A DNA stretch of 64,000 bases, taken from the NCBI GenBank assembly GCA_964270895.1, contig OZ185440.1. The stretch is one strand, 5' to 3'. This document shows positions 1 to 14,600 of this stretch, one piece after another (the stretch's first letter is position 1; each line of letters begins with the position of its first letter). This stretch comes from Podarcis filfolensis. Taxonomy: Eukaryota. The notes below the pieces were generated by a model, which saw nothing but the letters and a program-made list of their open reading frames with translations, was not told where the DNA came from and searched no databases. Made by a program: the position numbers and the translations under genes.

Positions 1-2500
1 CAATTCCAGGTTATGCGATTTCTAAATCATGCTGAGTTATTGGATTCTGTTACTTTTCCCTCTCTTCATTTATTGTGTCTTCCCTTACCCGAGTGTAATA
101 CAATAGCACATATTCCTTTCCTATAAATGACAATGGTCATATCTTCAGTTGGAAGAATTTTTTGAACTTCTGATAGGCTTCTTGCAACATAAACTGTCTG
201 GTGTAATGCCTGATTATATGCATGACAATTCACATTTCCTTCTATAAATCTGTGGTACTACGTCTCACCCTAACCCTATCTTCAACACCTTTCTTCTGGT
301 TGACTACCAATTTGCACAACTGTATACAGTATAATACTTATATTACTCTAGAGATACTGTCTGATTTAAACAGGTATGTTTTAGCAGGAGACAATGCTGC
401 AGATACCATGTGTGAATTGATTCCTGTTAAAAACATGCAAGTTTTATTTGGAAAACACTGGGTGAAATATGAAGACTAAGTGTGCGCTAGAATGCAAAGC
501 ATGGTTTTCATAGCTATGTTGACACAAAGAAAAATGCTAACATACCTTCTTGTAAAAAAAGAAAAGAAAAACCTTACCTTGTGATGCAGGCATGACATGA
601 GCACAAAGGATTGTTATGCTGCCTCAGAATCCAAGACATGACTGTAAACATAGCTAAAACATCCAATAAAACCTACATTGCCATTCTGCCTCTGTTCCAT
701 GAACTTCCTCTGGTCAAGGAGTAATCTTCCAGCGAGTGCTAGACTCCAAAAGTCCCTTGGTGAGATGGTTTGTCAGCAGTGGGTTGTTCAGCAATCTTCT
801 CTGATCAGGACAACATCCTTATGGCATGTTCTCTAATTACATCTTCTGAAGTGACTGTGTGTGCATGCACCATGGGAAAAACTTCTCACCTGAGGGCAGC
901 ATTGCACCATTGTGGAGCAAAGACTGAACTATTAAGGAGTGTTTTAAGCACCTGTCAGAGGAAGATCACTCCTAGCTACCTAATAATTATCAAGAAAGAT
1001 TGATTCACATCCGCTGCCATTGTCGGAAGAATTAGTGATGGACATACGGAAGAACATGGGATATGAATGATTTAGGAATTGTAGGCATGCATATTATTAA
1101 TTAGTTCATAGAAAGCATTACAGGTAGCTTACTCTGAAGAGCATCTGTCTTGTTAAGGACTCTGCTGATCTTCTAAAAAAGTTTCTAAAGCAGTTATAGC
1201 AACTACCCATAACATAGGTTAGTGGTGAATTTCAGAAGGCTTTTGATTCGTAAATGCAAATAATTAAGAGAATAGTGAAACTACTTGACCCAGGGTGCTG
1301 CAGAGTCTTGTTCTGATAAGTCAGGGAGGAATAACTTGAAGGGTATAGCTTATCACCAGCGCACCATAAATTGCTGAAGTGCTTTTGCTTTGTTGCCTCA
1401 TGGAGGACAGAAAACAAATGGTTGTGTTGTGAAAAGGATACGCGTTACTAAGGAGATTAGATTACAGAACAGTCAGTGTCGGTATCCGAAAAGCAGAAGG
1501 CATATTATTGTTGCAAACACAGCCAGCCAGTTTTATTGCATTTTCACTGGCTGTCAATATGCTTCCAACTTCCATTCAAGGCCCTGATGCTTACCTATCA
1601 AGTCACCTTATCTACCAACACAAGCATATCATGGCAAGCATCAGTTGCCCCAAGTTGGAATTCCCCAAGGTCCATTATTCTCCCTCTCTATTGGCATTTG
1701 GTGTGCATATGCAAATAGATTTCTGTTTAGCCCTCAGTTCAGCCGACAGGTTTGTTTGTTTGTTTAATTAGATATGTTTATTTTGTGCTTTGCAGATTTT
1801 GTGTAACTGGTGTATCTATTTTTTTTAACACACACAGATCTTTGTACAAATGATTTAAATAAATATATTTATCATTACTATCTAACACTCATGGGGATAG
1901 TGGGTCCTTCTTTCCCTTAGTATCTCCCATTTAGCATTATTCACACACTGTCAAAAGGTTTGTCACATTCGTGTTAATAGTTAGCAAGATATATTTGAGA
2001 AGAGAGATATAGGGGTGAGGGGGAAGGATTGAGGACTCCTAGGTTGGGTGTGTGAGTGAGAGAGATATTGATCAAGTAAGTAGGTTCACACCTGCAGTCA
2101 GCCATGCACAGACTTACTGTTCTGCAAATAGCTGGAAAAGCAACTCAGAACAGAGCGATGGATCTGCCACAGAGTGTACCAACAGGGTCTCAGGTTCATC
2201 AATCAAAGTTTTGCTGCCAATGGGAAAAGATGCAGGCAATCCTTTATTTCCCAGACTAGCCCAGGGGACAGAGAATGTGTAGAGTTGAGACTTTCTTGCA
2301 TCAGTGCTAGGCACAAGGGTCCTGTCTCCAACAGGATTTTTGCTTTGAGTTGAAACAGAGCTATGCTGTGCGGTAGAGATATGGCCTCACCTATGAGCAG
2401 CCAGCTTTTTCCCTGGTGCTCTGCATGTTTTTTCACTTGTTTCTCCTGTTTGGAGACTTGCAACGTATTAGCAAGAGGCAGACAAATCTGGTCTGACCTG

Positions 2501-2506
2501 TTTATT
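2501..2506 (-). terminator. Candidate CFAP57 polyadenylation signal (AATAAA on minus strand)
   Basis: First canonical hexamer, about 130 nt after the TGA at 2637-2639. Confidence 0.45.
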
Positions 2507-2636
2507 GTTTCATTTCCCTATCCAGAATCAGAGGTGCTAAAACAAAAACAAAGAACCCAAAGGGTCAGGGTAGGAGTGGGTCCTTGCTCTAGAGATGCAG
2601 AGAAGATTAGCTAAGTTTGGGTGTCTTCTGCACATG

Positions 2637-5600
2637 TCAATGTGATTGTCCACCGCTGCTTCTGTCCAGTTCTAGCAAGGGAAGTTTCGAACCTGATGTA
2701 GGCCGAACTGCAAGAGCTTTTTCCTGCCCTTGCATTTGGTCTTGGAGGTACTTGATTTCCAACCGCTGCATTTCAATGATCCTCTCCGTTTCCTCCTCTG
2801 GATTCAACCGTAGGATGGTTGGAGTGTGCCGTTCAGGGGAGGGAGCTGGAGGAAATGGAAAAATCACATTGCTTGGTTGTAACTGTAGAAAATACCCCAA
2901 AGAGATGAGCCAGGATGAGGGTTAGCCATGAACACAACAGAAAGGACAAAAGGAAAACAGGGGTTGGAATTATTGGGCAATTTCCAAGGTCTACAGCAAA
3001 GAACAAGGCCCACTGACAGTTCCTGGACACTCCACGACACTCCTGGACACTACCTGCCCCCTCTCTAAGCAGTAAGAAAGCAGTGAGATGAGCTAAAGAA
3101 CCTCTGCATGTTTTTATCCTCTCTACCTCTCTCTAGGAGGTGTTTGGCTAACTTAGGGAGCAGGGGCTCACTAAGAGAATCTTGTTCAATCCTCCTTGCA
3201 GAAAAGTAGAACTGAAACTTAGGTTTCTGCTTTGCTCACAACCAGTTGTTTTGCAAAGACAACTGTTACTGTGTTAATCCCAGAGCAATATGACTATAAA
3301 GTACATAAGGTGCCTTTTTAAATTGGATCAGCATCCACAACAGCAGCAGAACATAATCTTTTAGATAATACAAAATACCAAAGTGAGTCTAGAACATGAG
3401 GGACTTACACATGCCAGCCAACTTTTGATCAACCCCTCCCACTGGCAATACAGCACCACCAACAGCTGCATGTTGCCCTTGGGAACAAAACAGTTGCTCA
3501 CCCCTGTTCTAGGGAAAAGGGGCCAAAAGGAAAGAAATGGAAACATTTTCTGGGAAAGAGCAGAAGGGGAAAGTGAGCTGAATAACAACTTGGTTACCTA
3601 GGGATTGTGCTGGTTGCTTCTTGCGTTTCATAAGGAGCCCCAAGGTTGACTGGAGGTCAAGAACTTGAGTACGGGTGACCTTCAGTTCTCTCCGCAGCTC
3701 ATTTATTTCCTTGATGAGGCTCACATTTTCCTACAGAAACAAGATGTAGCATAGCTAAGGTGATAGGAAATTTACTGTCTATACACCAAAAAGATATTGC
3801 TGACATTGTGGAAAAGCATACTGATATGCAGAACAAGACCAAGAGCTAAACAAAGCAGATGCTTTGGGGTATAAAAGAATGGAGGATGCCTCTTGTGTTC
3901 TCCATATTTGCCAGGTATGCACTGCCTATATATTAAAATAAAACAGGGGTTCTCCTGAGCTCCGCAGAGCCAATTTAGGGGGGCACATGGGAAAGCCCAG
4001 TTGTGCCAGCAGAAGTTCTTGTGTAGGGCTTCTGCTGATGGGACTCGTTAGGTGAATCCCACCCACAGTACTTTTCAAATCCACATTTGAAATTCATTAT
4101 TTAAACTGAAATTTCTGGACCTGGGAATGGAGCAAATAGAACTTTTTTCTTATAGCGGTTTAGAAGAGTGGACCTGCCCACTTTCCCTCACAGTGCTAGT
4201 ACCTGCATGATGCGCACATAGTCTGCACGATGTACCTCGCCTTCTTTTATCACCTTCTTTTTCAGTGTTGCCAGGTTGCGCTCAAGATGCTCTCGCTGCC
4301 GTGTGTACTCTTGATGCAAGTCTGTGTCAACGCCAACAATTTCCACCTGATGGAGCAAATGAAGTGAGCTCAAAGGAAATATGGTGGGTATCTGCTGCTG
4401 AGAGAGAAGAACTTTCACTTACCATATCTGCCTTCTGCACATACTTTTCATAGATATCCCGGATGCTCTCCTTCAGTTTCTTGGGTTCCTGGATGAGGCC
4501 TACACAGTTGTGAAGATCTGTTTTAAATCGCTTGACAAGTGCTTCCATGTCTCGTTCCTGCAGTCAGAGGAACACCAAAGCTTGATGCAGCAGAATACAT
4601 TGCCTGTTGGTGAGGCTTCCTTGCTCTGGCTCAAATTACATCTCACAAATTGTCTGTGGGACAAATACTGGCCAGAGGTTACCCAACCTATTGGGCCAGT
4701 GGTAGTGAAATAATGTGAAAGCCTGAAATGAAATTGTTGTTTTACATATGCAAGTCATCAAGTCATGGACAGGCATGTGCGGAGTCACCTATTAAATTAT
4801 TACATTAGAGCAGCCCCAACACATTTGTCATTACCTTGCTTTAATGTGAAATTTAAAACTAGATTCAGTGGAAGAAAATTTCAATTACCATTACAGAATC
4901 ATAAAGATGGAAGGAAACTTTAGAGCTCATCTTAGTCTGTATATGACACCCTAAAGAAGGACCAGTTATAATTTGGTGTACCACTTTTTTCAGCTGCCAT
5001 TTGACACACCTTTTGCATCTCTTTGTGCATCTCCCGGTCTGTGGCTTTCAGTTTTAGCCGTAGCTCTGATATGTTCAGTTCCAGTTGTGTGTTCTGCTTG
5101 TGGAAACGTTCCAGCTCTCCTTCCATCTGCACAGATGCATGAGAAGAGGAGAAGTTTTAAAGGAGGCCTGTGGCCTGCTATGGTCTTCAAGCTGGCCCAG
5201 CTTCAGGGCTGGAAGTGGGCTGCCTAATCTGCTCTCACCTCCTGGATCTGCTCCTTCATAGCTTTGATATCATTCTCACGCGGCTCTATTTGCTTCTTCA
5301 ACTCCTTTATTTTATAATCTAGTACAAATTTGAACTTCTCCAGTTCCTGGTTTTTTTTCTTTAGATCGTAAATTCGCTTCTCCTGGGACAAATAAAATAG
5401 AGACATGAGGTGAGCGGTGTCTAAAGAGACAGAGGGATCTCTTACAACTTCAGCCCTACATCAGTGGAGTCAAGAGACAATGTGTGTCAGAAATATCAGA
5501 GAAGGGATAATGAATTCTAAGTTCCATCCTTCAGACTGGGAGGCAGATACAGAGAGGCATTGCTTAGTGGGTCAGAGCCTTTGTAGATTTGGACGGCAAA

Positions 5601-8600
5601 ATCCAGCTAGGGGTAGAGGGGTGGGAAAGGAGCATAGATCCAAGCACCTCACCTTGTCTTGAATGGTCTCATCTCTTTCTTGAATCTCTCTCTTCAGCCC
5701 CTGGATGTCCTTCTCTAAGGCTTTAATGATTCCTTGCAACTTTTGCTGCTCCACCTTCATTGCCTCAATGTCACTGCAGCGCTCTTCAATCTCTTTCTGC
5801 AGACTGTTGAACTAGAGAAAAAAGCACAAGGTATCTTTCAGTCTGAAGCCAGTGTCTCACCCAGCAACAGTTCCATGAGAACTGCTGACAGGAATCAGTG
5901 AAAGCTACCAGGAAGCAGAGTTGATCATGGCCCATCAACTGATGGACAGTGAGTTCAAACCTGCAGGATTGGCTGTGCAACCAAATCTCTAATGGGAAAC
6001 TCGGTCAAACAGCTGATCCTTGCAGAAAGGAGCTTTGCCAACCCTATACTGGGTGCCTGGAAAATGCTGAGCATGCCAAGCACTTTACACAGAACTTCTC
6101 AAACACCTAATAGGCAGCTGGATATTGGGAAGCACTGCATAAGGGAGTTGGACAGGTGGGTGGGATGACCCACCTCTCAATCATCTGACAATTCAAGAAA
6201 ACAAGCATGCAAGGGCCATTTGTACAATTAACATAACATTTAATTCAGCCCTTTGCTAGCATTCCAACCTTTAGAGAAAACCTTGCATTTTAGGAAATAA
6301 TTTTATATTAGATGTAAAACAGATTTTGGTTGACATTTCTGTGGCACTGTTTCAATAGACAATTGGGTATTAAAATTTGTGTTGCTTTTTATAATTTTAA
6401 TCTACTCTTATTACCTATTTTATTGTCATTTTGTTGACAGAGAAAGTGGTATATACATCTTGAAATAAATGATCACAAACCAGAAATCTGATAGTCTGAA
6501 ACAGGCGAGCATACCTTCTTCCTCATGATTCCTGTCTCCCCTTTTAGCCGCAAATTTGATTCTCTTTCCTCACGAAGTCGCCTCTCATACTTAATTTTTA
6601 TGTCCTGGATTTCTCGATCCTCATCTTCTTCAATTTGTTTCTTAGTTTCCTCAAATTCTCGGAGCTGAGTTCTTGATTCATCTTGAGCCTGAAAGTTAGG
6701 AAGGAGAAAAGTAAAAAAGAGGAGTTAAAGGAGCCAGACTGTTAAGGGACCAGACTGAAATGATTGCCTGGGAGAGGCAAGACCCTGGGCTAGTTTGGAG
6801 ATGAGGCAGATTGATACAAGCTCTCCGGAGATGACAATGCAGCAACATGATGTTACAGTGCTGGAGGCTTAATTACATGTTACAAAAGCACTGAATGACC
6901 CAGTTCATAAATTAGTGGTGGGTAAGTGGATCTGACCAGTGCATCAGATTTTTACCTCCACCAACCTTGCAGGTGAACTCTGACAGGTGGGCGAGTCTGG
7001 ATATAAAAAAGTATATGTATGGAGAGGTGAATGACAGAAACATCCAGCTACTTATGTCACTCTGAGTACAGTAAGGATGGAAAAATGAGAGTTTGGAGCT
7101 GTCATTGACTTCAGCCAGAAAGGACAGGTGTGTAGGGTTGAGCATAATCTACTTGAAGAGTACTTTAAATTAGAATCTCTGTAGCTGTGAAACTTACTTA
7201 GTAGGATCCAGTACAGTGGCTCTTTTTTTGGGGGGGGGGTGTTATTGGAATGTTGTTTTTATTTTAATTATATATTTTGTGGTTTTTACGTTGATCTTTT
7301 CTGTGAACCAGCTTGAGACCTCCGGGTAAAGGGCGGTAGATAAATCCAATAAATAACCTGCCATATACAAGCTTCAATATACAAGCTTCTGGACAATGAT
7401 TAAAGAATACTGTTCCTTTTGTTTCAGGCACCATATTTTTCGCTCTATAAGACGCACCAGACCATAAGACGCACCTAGTTTTTGGAAGAAGAAAACAAGA
7501 AAAAAAAAATCTGAATCCCAGAAGCCAGGACGGTAAGTGGGATCGCTGCGCAGCGATCCCACTTACTGTCCTGGCTTCTGGGATAGCCGTGCGTAGCCTC
7601 TCCCGGCTGGGGTGGCTACGCACGGCTAAACAAGAAGCCAGGACAGCCAGCGGGATCGCAGTGCAGCGATCCCGCTGGCTGTCCTGGCTTTTTGCTTGTC
7701 CGCGCGCAGCCACTCCCGTGCAAGGGGAGCCTTCATCCCCTGCCCGGGAGAGGCTGCGCATGGCTCCGGCTCCCCCCAAGAGTCGCACTCCCTTTAAAGA
7801 GCGCATAGAGTGTGTGTGCAGCTCTTAGGGGCTTTTCTCCAAGGAGGGAGAAGGGCAACCCTTCTCCCTCCTCGGGGAAAAGCCCCCAAGACACACGCTC
7901 CATGCGGCTCTTTAAAGGGAGTGCTGAGCAGAGCCTCCCGCCTGCATTCGCTCCATGAGATGCACACACATTTCCCCTTACTTTTTAGGAGGGGAAAAGT
8001 GTGTCTTATAGAGCGAAAAATACAGTATGAATGTTGTCATACAGAGACTTTTTGTTGGCATGGTTTACTTTTACTTTTTGAAATATGGCAATCCTATCTA
8101 AGCCAGAAACAGGTCAGCCTGCCTAGGGGTTTTATCTGAGCGAACTGTAAGTTAAACGCACTAACATGTGGCACTCAGGGAAGAAGAAGACTGGAAAGAT
8201 CTGTGTTTGGGATGGGAGATGGTTGCCTAATCAGGAGGGGCAAGTACAAGAGTGTACACAGATCAGAGCTCAACTTCAGAGCACAGCTAGTGGAAGTCAG
8301 AAGAGCGATGAAGGGCTGAATAAGTAGTAACTTCAAGCATAGTAGAACTGTGCCCATCCTTAAAAATAAATAAAAATGAAACCATCACTGCTCATACCTC
8401 TTCCAGCTGAGTGGTTTTCTCAAGCAGCTTTGCCTCATAATATTCTGTCAGCTCCTCCAGCGCCTGGTTTTTGTGCTCTTCCATTTCATGAAGCTGCTTC
8501 TCATAGTCCTCCTGCATGCGTTGGGATTTCATCTGAAGCTCCTGGTACTTCTCAAACTCCAGCAGAAGCTTCTGGTTATTGCCAGATTCTGACCCAAAGA

Positions 8601-11600
8601 GAGAGTAAAAAACAAATTAATGTATGTGTGGGGTGGGGGGATGTATTACAGAGTAAGGTATGTCTTGTTCTCTTCCAGATATCCTTAGTCTTAGGGAGCC
8701 GTTTTAGACCCACATCTTGGTGCCTGCTCACATCTCTCTCCTCTAGCTCATACTATTCCTCAATCACTAGCTTTGAAGCCTCATTTGCACACTCTTTACA
8801 GGTGCATCTACATCAGAGCTCCATACTCATTAGTTCTGGCTCCTTAGGCACAAAAGAAAATACTGGGGGATTAACTTCTGTATGCCATCCCCCCAAAAGT
8901 GGGAATGATGTGACGTGCATAATGCTGTGCAGATGCTAAGATGATACAGACTACTCCACTTGTGGTGGCTTTGCAATGACAGTAATATGCCGATGGCCAT
9001 GGAAGAAGTGCGCAGTAAAACCTTGTTTCTGGGTGGCTTGCAGAGATAAGATGCTTTAAAAAGGTATCTCCAGTTTTCAGAAAGTTACCTACCTTACTAT
9101 GCCCTGCTTATCTACTGCCCCTTTATGTTCTTCTTTATTAGGTTTGCTCATTTCTTCCTGCCTTTATTGGCAGGAAGATATAATTATAATTAAAAAGATG
9201 AGTTAATTCCAGTTACATTCAAGCAAATTATTGTCAATATGCCTATGTACTCAGTCCTCTAAGTTGCGCCTTTGCCATGACCGACAAACACTCAGCACGG
9301 GAAAACTTTTCTTTCTTCATCTTTCACCATAGGGACTGAAGCCCTTTCTCACAGTCTGCAGGAAAGTGTGACTTAAAGTCCTCCTAACCTAGGTCTTGCA
9401 CCTCTCTTGCCTGCTTCTCTGTTAGTTCTGCAACTTGTTCCTGGTGCTGTGCTTCCTGCTTTTCTTTATCTGCTTTCAAAACCTGAAATACATAGAGATG
9501 AGAATTACACCTGAAACTAGGCAGACCAACCTTCAACTCCCTCAGGTGACTGCATGTTGGGAAAAAGAAGTCACAATAATGCTGAGAGTTGTCGTTATTG
9601 CTGGACCCTCACCTGGTTTTTGGTTTTCAGTGATTCCATTTCCTGGATGAATTTCTCAGTTAGTTCTTTAATCTTTTCATTATAGTTCATGTCCTTGAGG
9701 CGCAGCTGGTACTCATTTTCCATCTTCAGTTCCTCTACACGTGTTTTTAGTTCTAACATTATCTGAGTCTGCAGGGTAAGGAATCATAAGAAAAGAAATT
9801 GGTGGCAAAACATTCAGACATGCAAATTAAATAAAAATCTACTGTACATAGTATCTTGCCAGATCTATATTTTAGGGCTGTTTCATATGTTAAATTTGTC
9901 ATGGATACACACAAGGCATTTCAGGTGGAATTCAAAATGGTCGCCTTCAAATTGTTCCATTAGTGCAAGCATTCTAGCACGCCAGGCGGAACAATGCCCG
10001 CTCTCTTCCCCCTGAATGCTATTCTGGGGGTTCTCCCAACCCCCACCGAGCCCATTTCAAGCAGGTGGGGGAAGAAGCCCTACTGCGCAAGCAGAAGTCC
10101 TTGCACAGGGCTTCCACTGATGGGTGCCAGGTGAATCCTGCCCTTCACATTTATCTGAAAAACTATCATATATAAAGACAGCATATATTGTATCTGGCCA
10201 TATATATGCATTTCCTATAACATGTGAAGTAGGTTTCAGGACAGGGAGCAATGTAGCTCATGAGCTACATTTTCAGTGTACAATGTTTGATTCTTGTATT
10301 ATAAGGCTAATTCAAACCTGCTGTCACCTCTCTACTAGGGCCATGATATGTACTGGGTAAGTGCTGCCCCCATGGAGATAAAGCGCATTTGGGTTAGTTG
10401 ATACAACGTCTTCTGATGTGTTCTCTTCCCACTTCAAAACTCATCCGTACTGACCTTCTCTTCCATGTCTGTTCTAGTGATCAATACTTCATCAGAGTAT
10501 GGCACATCTCTCTCCCTTTTCAACCCCCGCCCTTCTTTGTCATAAACTTTCCAGATAAATATACAGCCATCCTCTGCAGATGTTAGTAGGAACTGATCAT
10601 CAGCTGTTATGGACATCTGTGGAGAAAAAAGGCATACTGAACTCCAATAAAACACAACTGGAGAGTCAGAGAAAAGAAAGGGCAGTTGGCAGAATCAGAA
10701 GAAGATGCTCCAGTTGGATTAATAAGGATCAATTATTTTAAAAATATATCCATCTCTTTGCCTCTAGTGATATCTCTTCTCTTCTTCTCCACTTTCCCCA
10801 TTACGCTCCAAGCATTCCCGTTGCCATTTGTCAGGCTGCTGTCCATTCCTCAGAATCCATTTAATTAACAACTTGTCCTTGTTTTCAGTGGCTTTTCCAT
10901 TCGCTCTCATTATAAATCTCAGTCTTATCTTTTTAATGAGGCACAGTAGTAGACTGATTTTAAACATGACACCAAGAAGCACAGTCACCCTCACACCCTT
11001 GCTCTCAACATTACTGGAACCTATGGTGAAAGTATGTGATAAACAAGCCTTCTGGATGAAATAACATTTTAAAAATAGTACTGTACAGCAACAATGTTGT
11101 ACATGTTGCACTCCAGCGTCTGGGAAGTTAGCAACCCAGAGAGATTTCCCCTACACTCTCCCAGCTACATACACTCAGCTACATACACTCAGCTTGGAAG
11201 ACTCAGAAAAAGAAGGGATAAATAAAGGCTGTGGCAATTAAGTTGACCTGGAGACTGACTTGGCCTTTACCTTGGTGACTGGACCAGCATGGGCTTGGTA
11301 TTCATTGTATTCCTTGTGCACAGGTAGTGGGTATTTCATGGACCGAATGGTCCCTGCAGAGGTTCCGGCGAACACCATGCGTCCAGAATGAGATACCACT
11401 ATGAAAGTGTAGGCAACTTCAAAAGTGGGCACTTCTCGCAGTATCTGAAAGAAAGGACACCGACCACGCTTTTAGCAAGTCACTCAGCAAGGATTAAATT
11501 TGCACTGGAAAGTGGCAGAGGGTACACAAATCCATCATTCATTCTCTCCACTGTGAATGTCCTGTTATCCTCTCAACGCCTCAAGAGTCATGAATTCCCC

Positions 11601-14600
11601 TCTCAACTTCATAACTGGGAAGAAACCCACAATTTTTGGCAACCAAGGCAAGGTATAGATTCCATAGATAGCTATACTCTTATAGAGGAGAAGAAGGAAA
11701 CTATGAACACAACTGTCACTACATGGGATAGGCAACCACTGGTGTTAAAAGCTGGAGGGGGGGATGGGACTGCAAGCCACAGCTACTGGCGGAGGAAGAG
11801 GAGTGCGGGGGGAGTGCACCGCCCCCGGCAGTGCAATCCCAGTAGGGTGCCATTGCGGCTGCCCCCCCGCCCCCGCTCCCACTGGGCACCCCGCCTGCTC
11901 TCCGCCCCCCGTTGCTGGAGTATGAAGCTCTGCCACTGGCTACAGCACTGGGTTCACTGAGCTTCACTTTCTTCTGCATTGTTTGCTGCACTTTGATCAG
12001 CTCCATAAGTGTCTGCACATGAGCTCACCGCAGAATCACAGATCTCCTTGATGCTATGATCAGATCCGACAGCAAATATGACTTTTGCATCGGGTGATAT
12101 TGCCACTCCATTGTAGCTGCAGGACTTGAGCACACACTCGGATTCTCTCTTGCCATTCTGGAGGTTCCATTCATATACTGCCCCATCTGTGCCACAGGAG
12201 ACCAGTTTATAGTCATCCATGCTCCACGCCACTGCGCGTACCTGGAGGGGCGAGTGAGAATATATATAGAATGCTCAGGCAATCCTTACTTAGGCACAAG
12301 AGACAGGTTGCTGCTTGGTACTCTGCCTGTTTACCTGGTGTCATTGCATCAAACCTTTTACATAAGAGACTCACAGAACACAGCCCCTTTTTACCCTGTG
12401 TCCTTTGTGCTCACAGTTTACCTGTAAGCAGTTAAGATAAAGATTCCCATTATAATCCAGCAGGTCAGGCTAAGAGGGTCAGGAATTATGTTCATGAACT
12501 GAATTCCGAGTTATAACAGCTCACACATTTGGTCTCCAAACACATCATAGCTAATAGCCAGTGGCAAGGAAAGGCCTGCAGATTACCATCTGTCCTTGTA
12601 GCTCCTCAGGTTTTGTCCTCCCCTGCTCAAAGTTCTATGCCTTTTTTGACAAATCAATAAAAAGTGAATAACAAAAAACATGCTCTGTAGTTTTTGAACC
12701 CATACATATTTCTAATAACTCAGTTAAAAAGGTATTCGCTTCATTTTCACATTCACCTTGCTCTCGTGTATATTGTAGTAACTTAAAAATGTTTATAAAT
12801 ACTGGAGTCAATTATAAAATTATTTATGAAACTCTCCCAAATTATAATAAATTATCTGCCTAGTTGCCTGGAGGCAATTCTCGTCACATAAGAGTGGCTG
12901 TTTACAAACTTGCTTTATTCTGTTTAACCTTTTCCCTTATTGCTAATAAGTCTTATCTCATTCCATCCCAGATAGTTCCCTTGCTTTCCTTAGCAAAGCT
13001 TCAGCTTCTTTCACTATAAATTGGACTCATGAGCACAAAATGGTGAGATAAGAGGGCACTGAACTGCTGTAGGTAATCATGGGTGGAACTTATGGAGCTA
13101 TCTCAAAACATTTCATAAGCTTGGAATTTACCTATTTGTGATCACTAGGGCATCAAAGCAGGGCTGATGACAGTTCCAGAGGAATCCACTTGCTCCTTAA
13201 AATTCATTGGGTCAAAGTTCTTAAATTCAGGGTATTTCAAGTCTTTTTTGCACTGATATTTGGGAGGCCAATTACAGCAAGGGAGGTTGGAGGGAATGTC
13301 GTCTCCACAGTCATCTAACAGGTTGTTGGCAATTCAGTAAACAAACATTAAATAATATATCTGTTTTCTTGATAAGCCGAGCCCAGACAAACAAAAGTAC
13401 TTTTAAGCCCTACTGTTTCAGCAAGAGAAATTTAAGCACATTCCTATTAAAATCAGTAGTTAAGTCCCACTGAGTTCAGTTGGACTTACTCCCAGCTACG
13501 TGTGTATAGGATTACAAAGTACTGTAAAAATGCTGGCTTTCTTTTAACCTAAGCTATCGCACATAACAGAGGAGAAAGCTGATTCCACTGTTCGTAAAAA
13601 GTGATCCAAATTATATCTGCACTGCCAGAGAACTATACTCAGGAGCACCTTGGAGTATTTTTAATCCTTCACTCCTATTCTTTAGTTTCTAGTGCCTTTG
13701 TAATAAAAAAATAATTCAATCATAGGCAGAGCCTCAAAACAAGCTTCTTGAGAAATCCTGTTCTTTTGGCATTTCAAATATATTCAGTTTAATGTACTAT
13801 TTTACTTGTATTGTAGGCATCACTTACTGACCTTCCCATTGTGTCCTTTCAAGTTAATGATGTTTTCAAAACTTATGGCAGAATAAATGTGAATCACATT
13901 TCCATTTACTGCTGCAAACAGATGACCTCCTGTACTGAAGGCACACTGTAGACAGAAGCAGGAGACAGCATGAAGCAATGAGACTTCACATAGGTAACCT
14001 CTTTGTGAAGGTACCAGATATCCATAATTTGGAGGCCATGCAGAAAACAGCCTCTAATCATCCTTCATCACAACCAGATGCATCTGTTGTCAGAGAGTGG
14101 TATTCTGCTATTTTGTGCTCCTCCTTTGGCTCCAGATTTTGTCTGGGAAAGTGAGCTATTAAGGACGTACCAAACTAGGACAAAGTTACTTGAGGGTCCC
14201 ACTGAACTCTATTGAAATGGAAAAAGGGCTGTCCGCACACTATACAGTGGACGTAACTTTGGGTAACGTAACGTAACTTTAGGGTTGCGAACACGGCAAA
14301 CCCGGAAATGTATACTTCCAGGTTTCGCTGCGCGTGCATGCGCAGAAGTGCTCTGCACACCGTGTGTGTGCAGAAGCGCTCAATCGCGCTGCGTGTGCAG
14401 AAGGTAGCCTCCGGCTACAAAGATTTCAGGATACAGCCGGGCCTCCGGAACGGATCCCATTTGTAACTGGAGGTACCACTCTATACTGGCATAAGACCTT
14501 CTGAAATGCTTAAATGTTGAATCTTCCTTCAAATCCTAGCCTAATTGATTCGCAACAGAGAACCCTGAGACTTCAGGTGTCTGTACAAGAAGTATCCTAA

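Noticed and set aside
7264-8139. 180-aa and 109-aa ORFs in CFAP57 intron 14
   Set aside because: They lie in a GC-rich, palindromic MITE and show no transposase or other protein features.
8376-8939. 187-aa plus-strand ORF (likewise 11388-11960)
   Set aside because: Antisense shadow of CFAP57 exons running into intron or MITE sequence.
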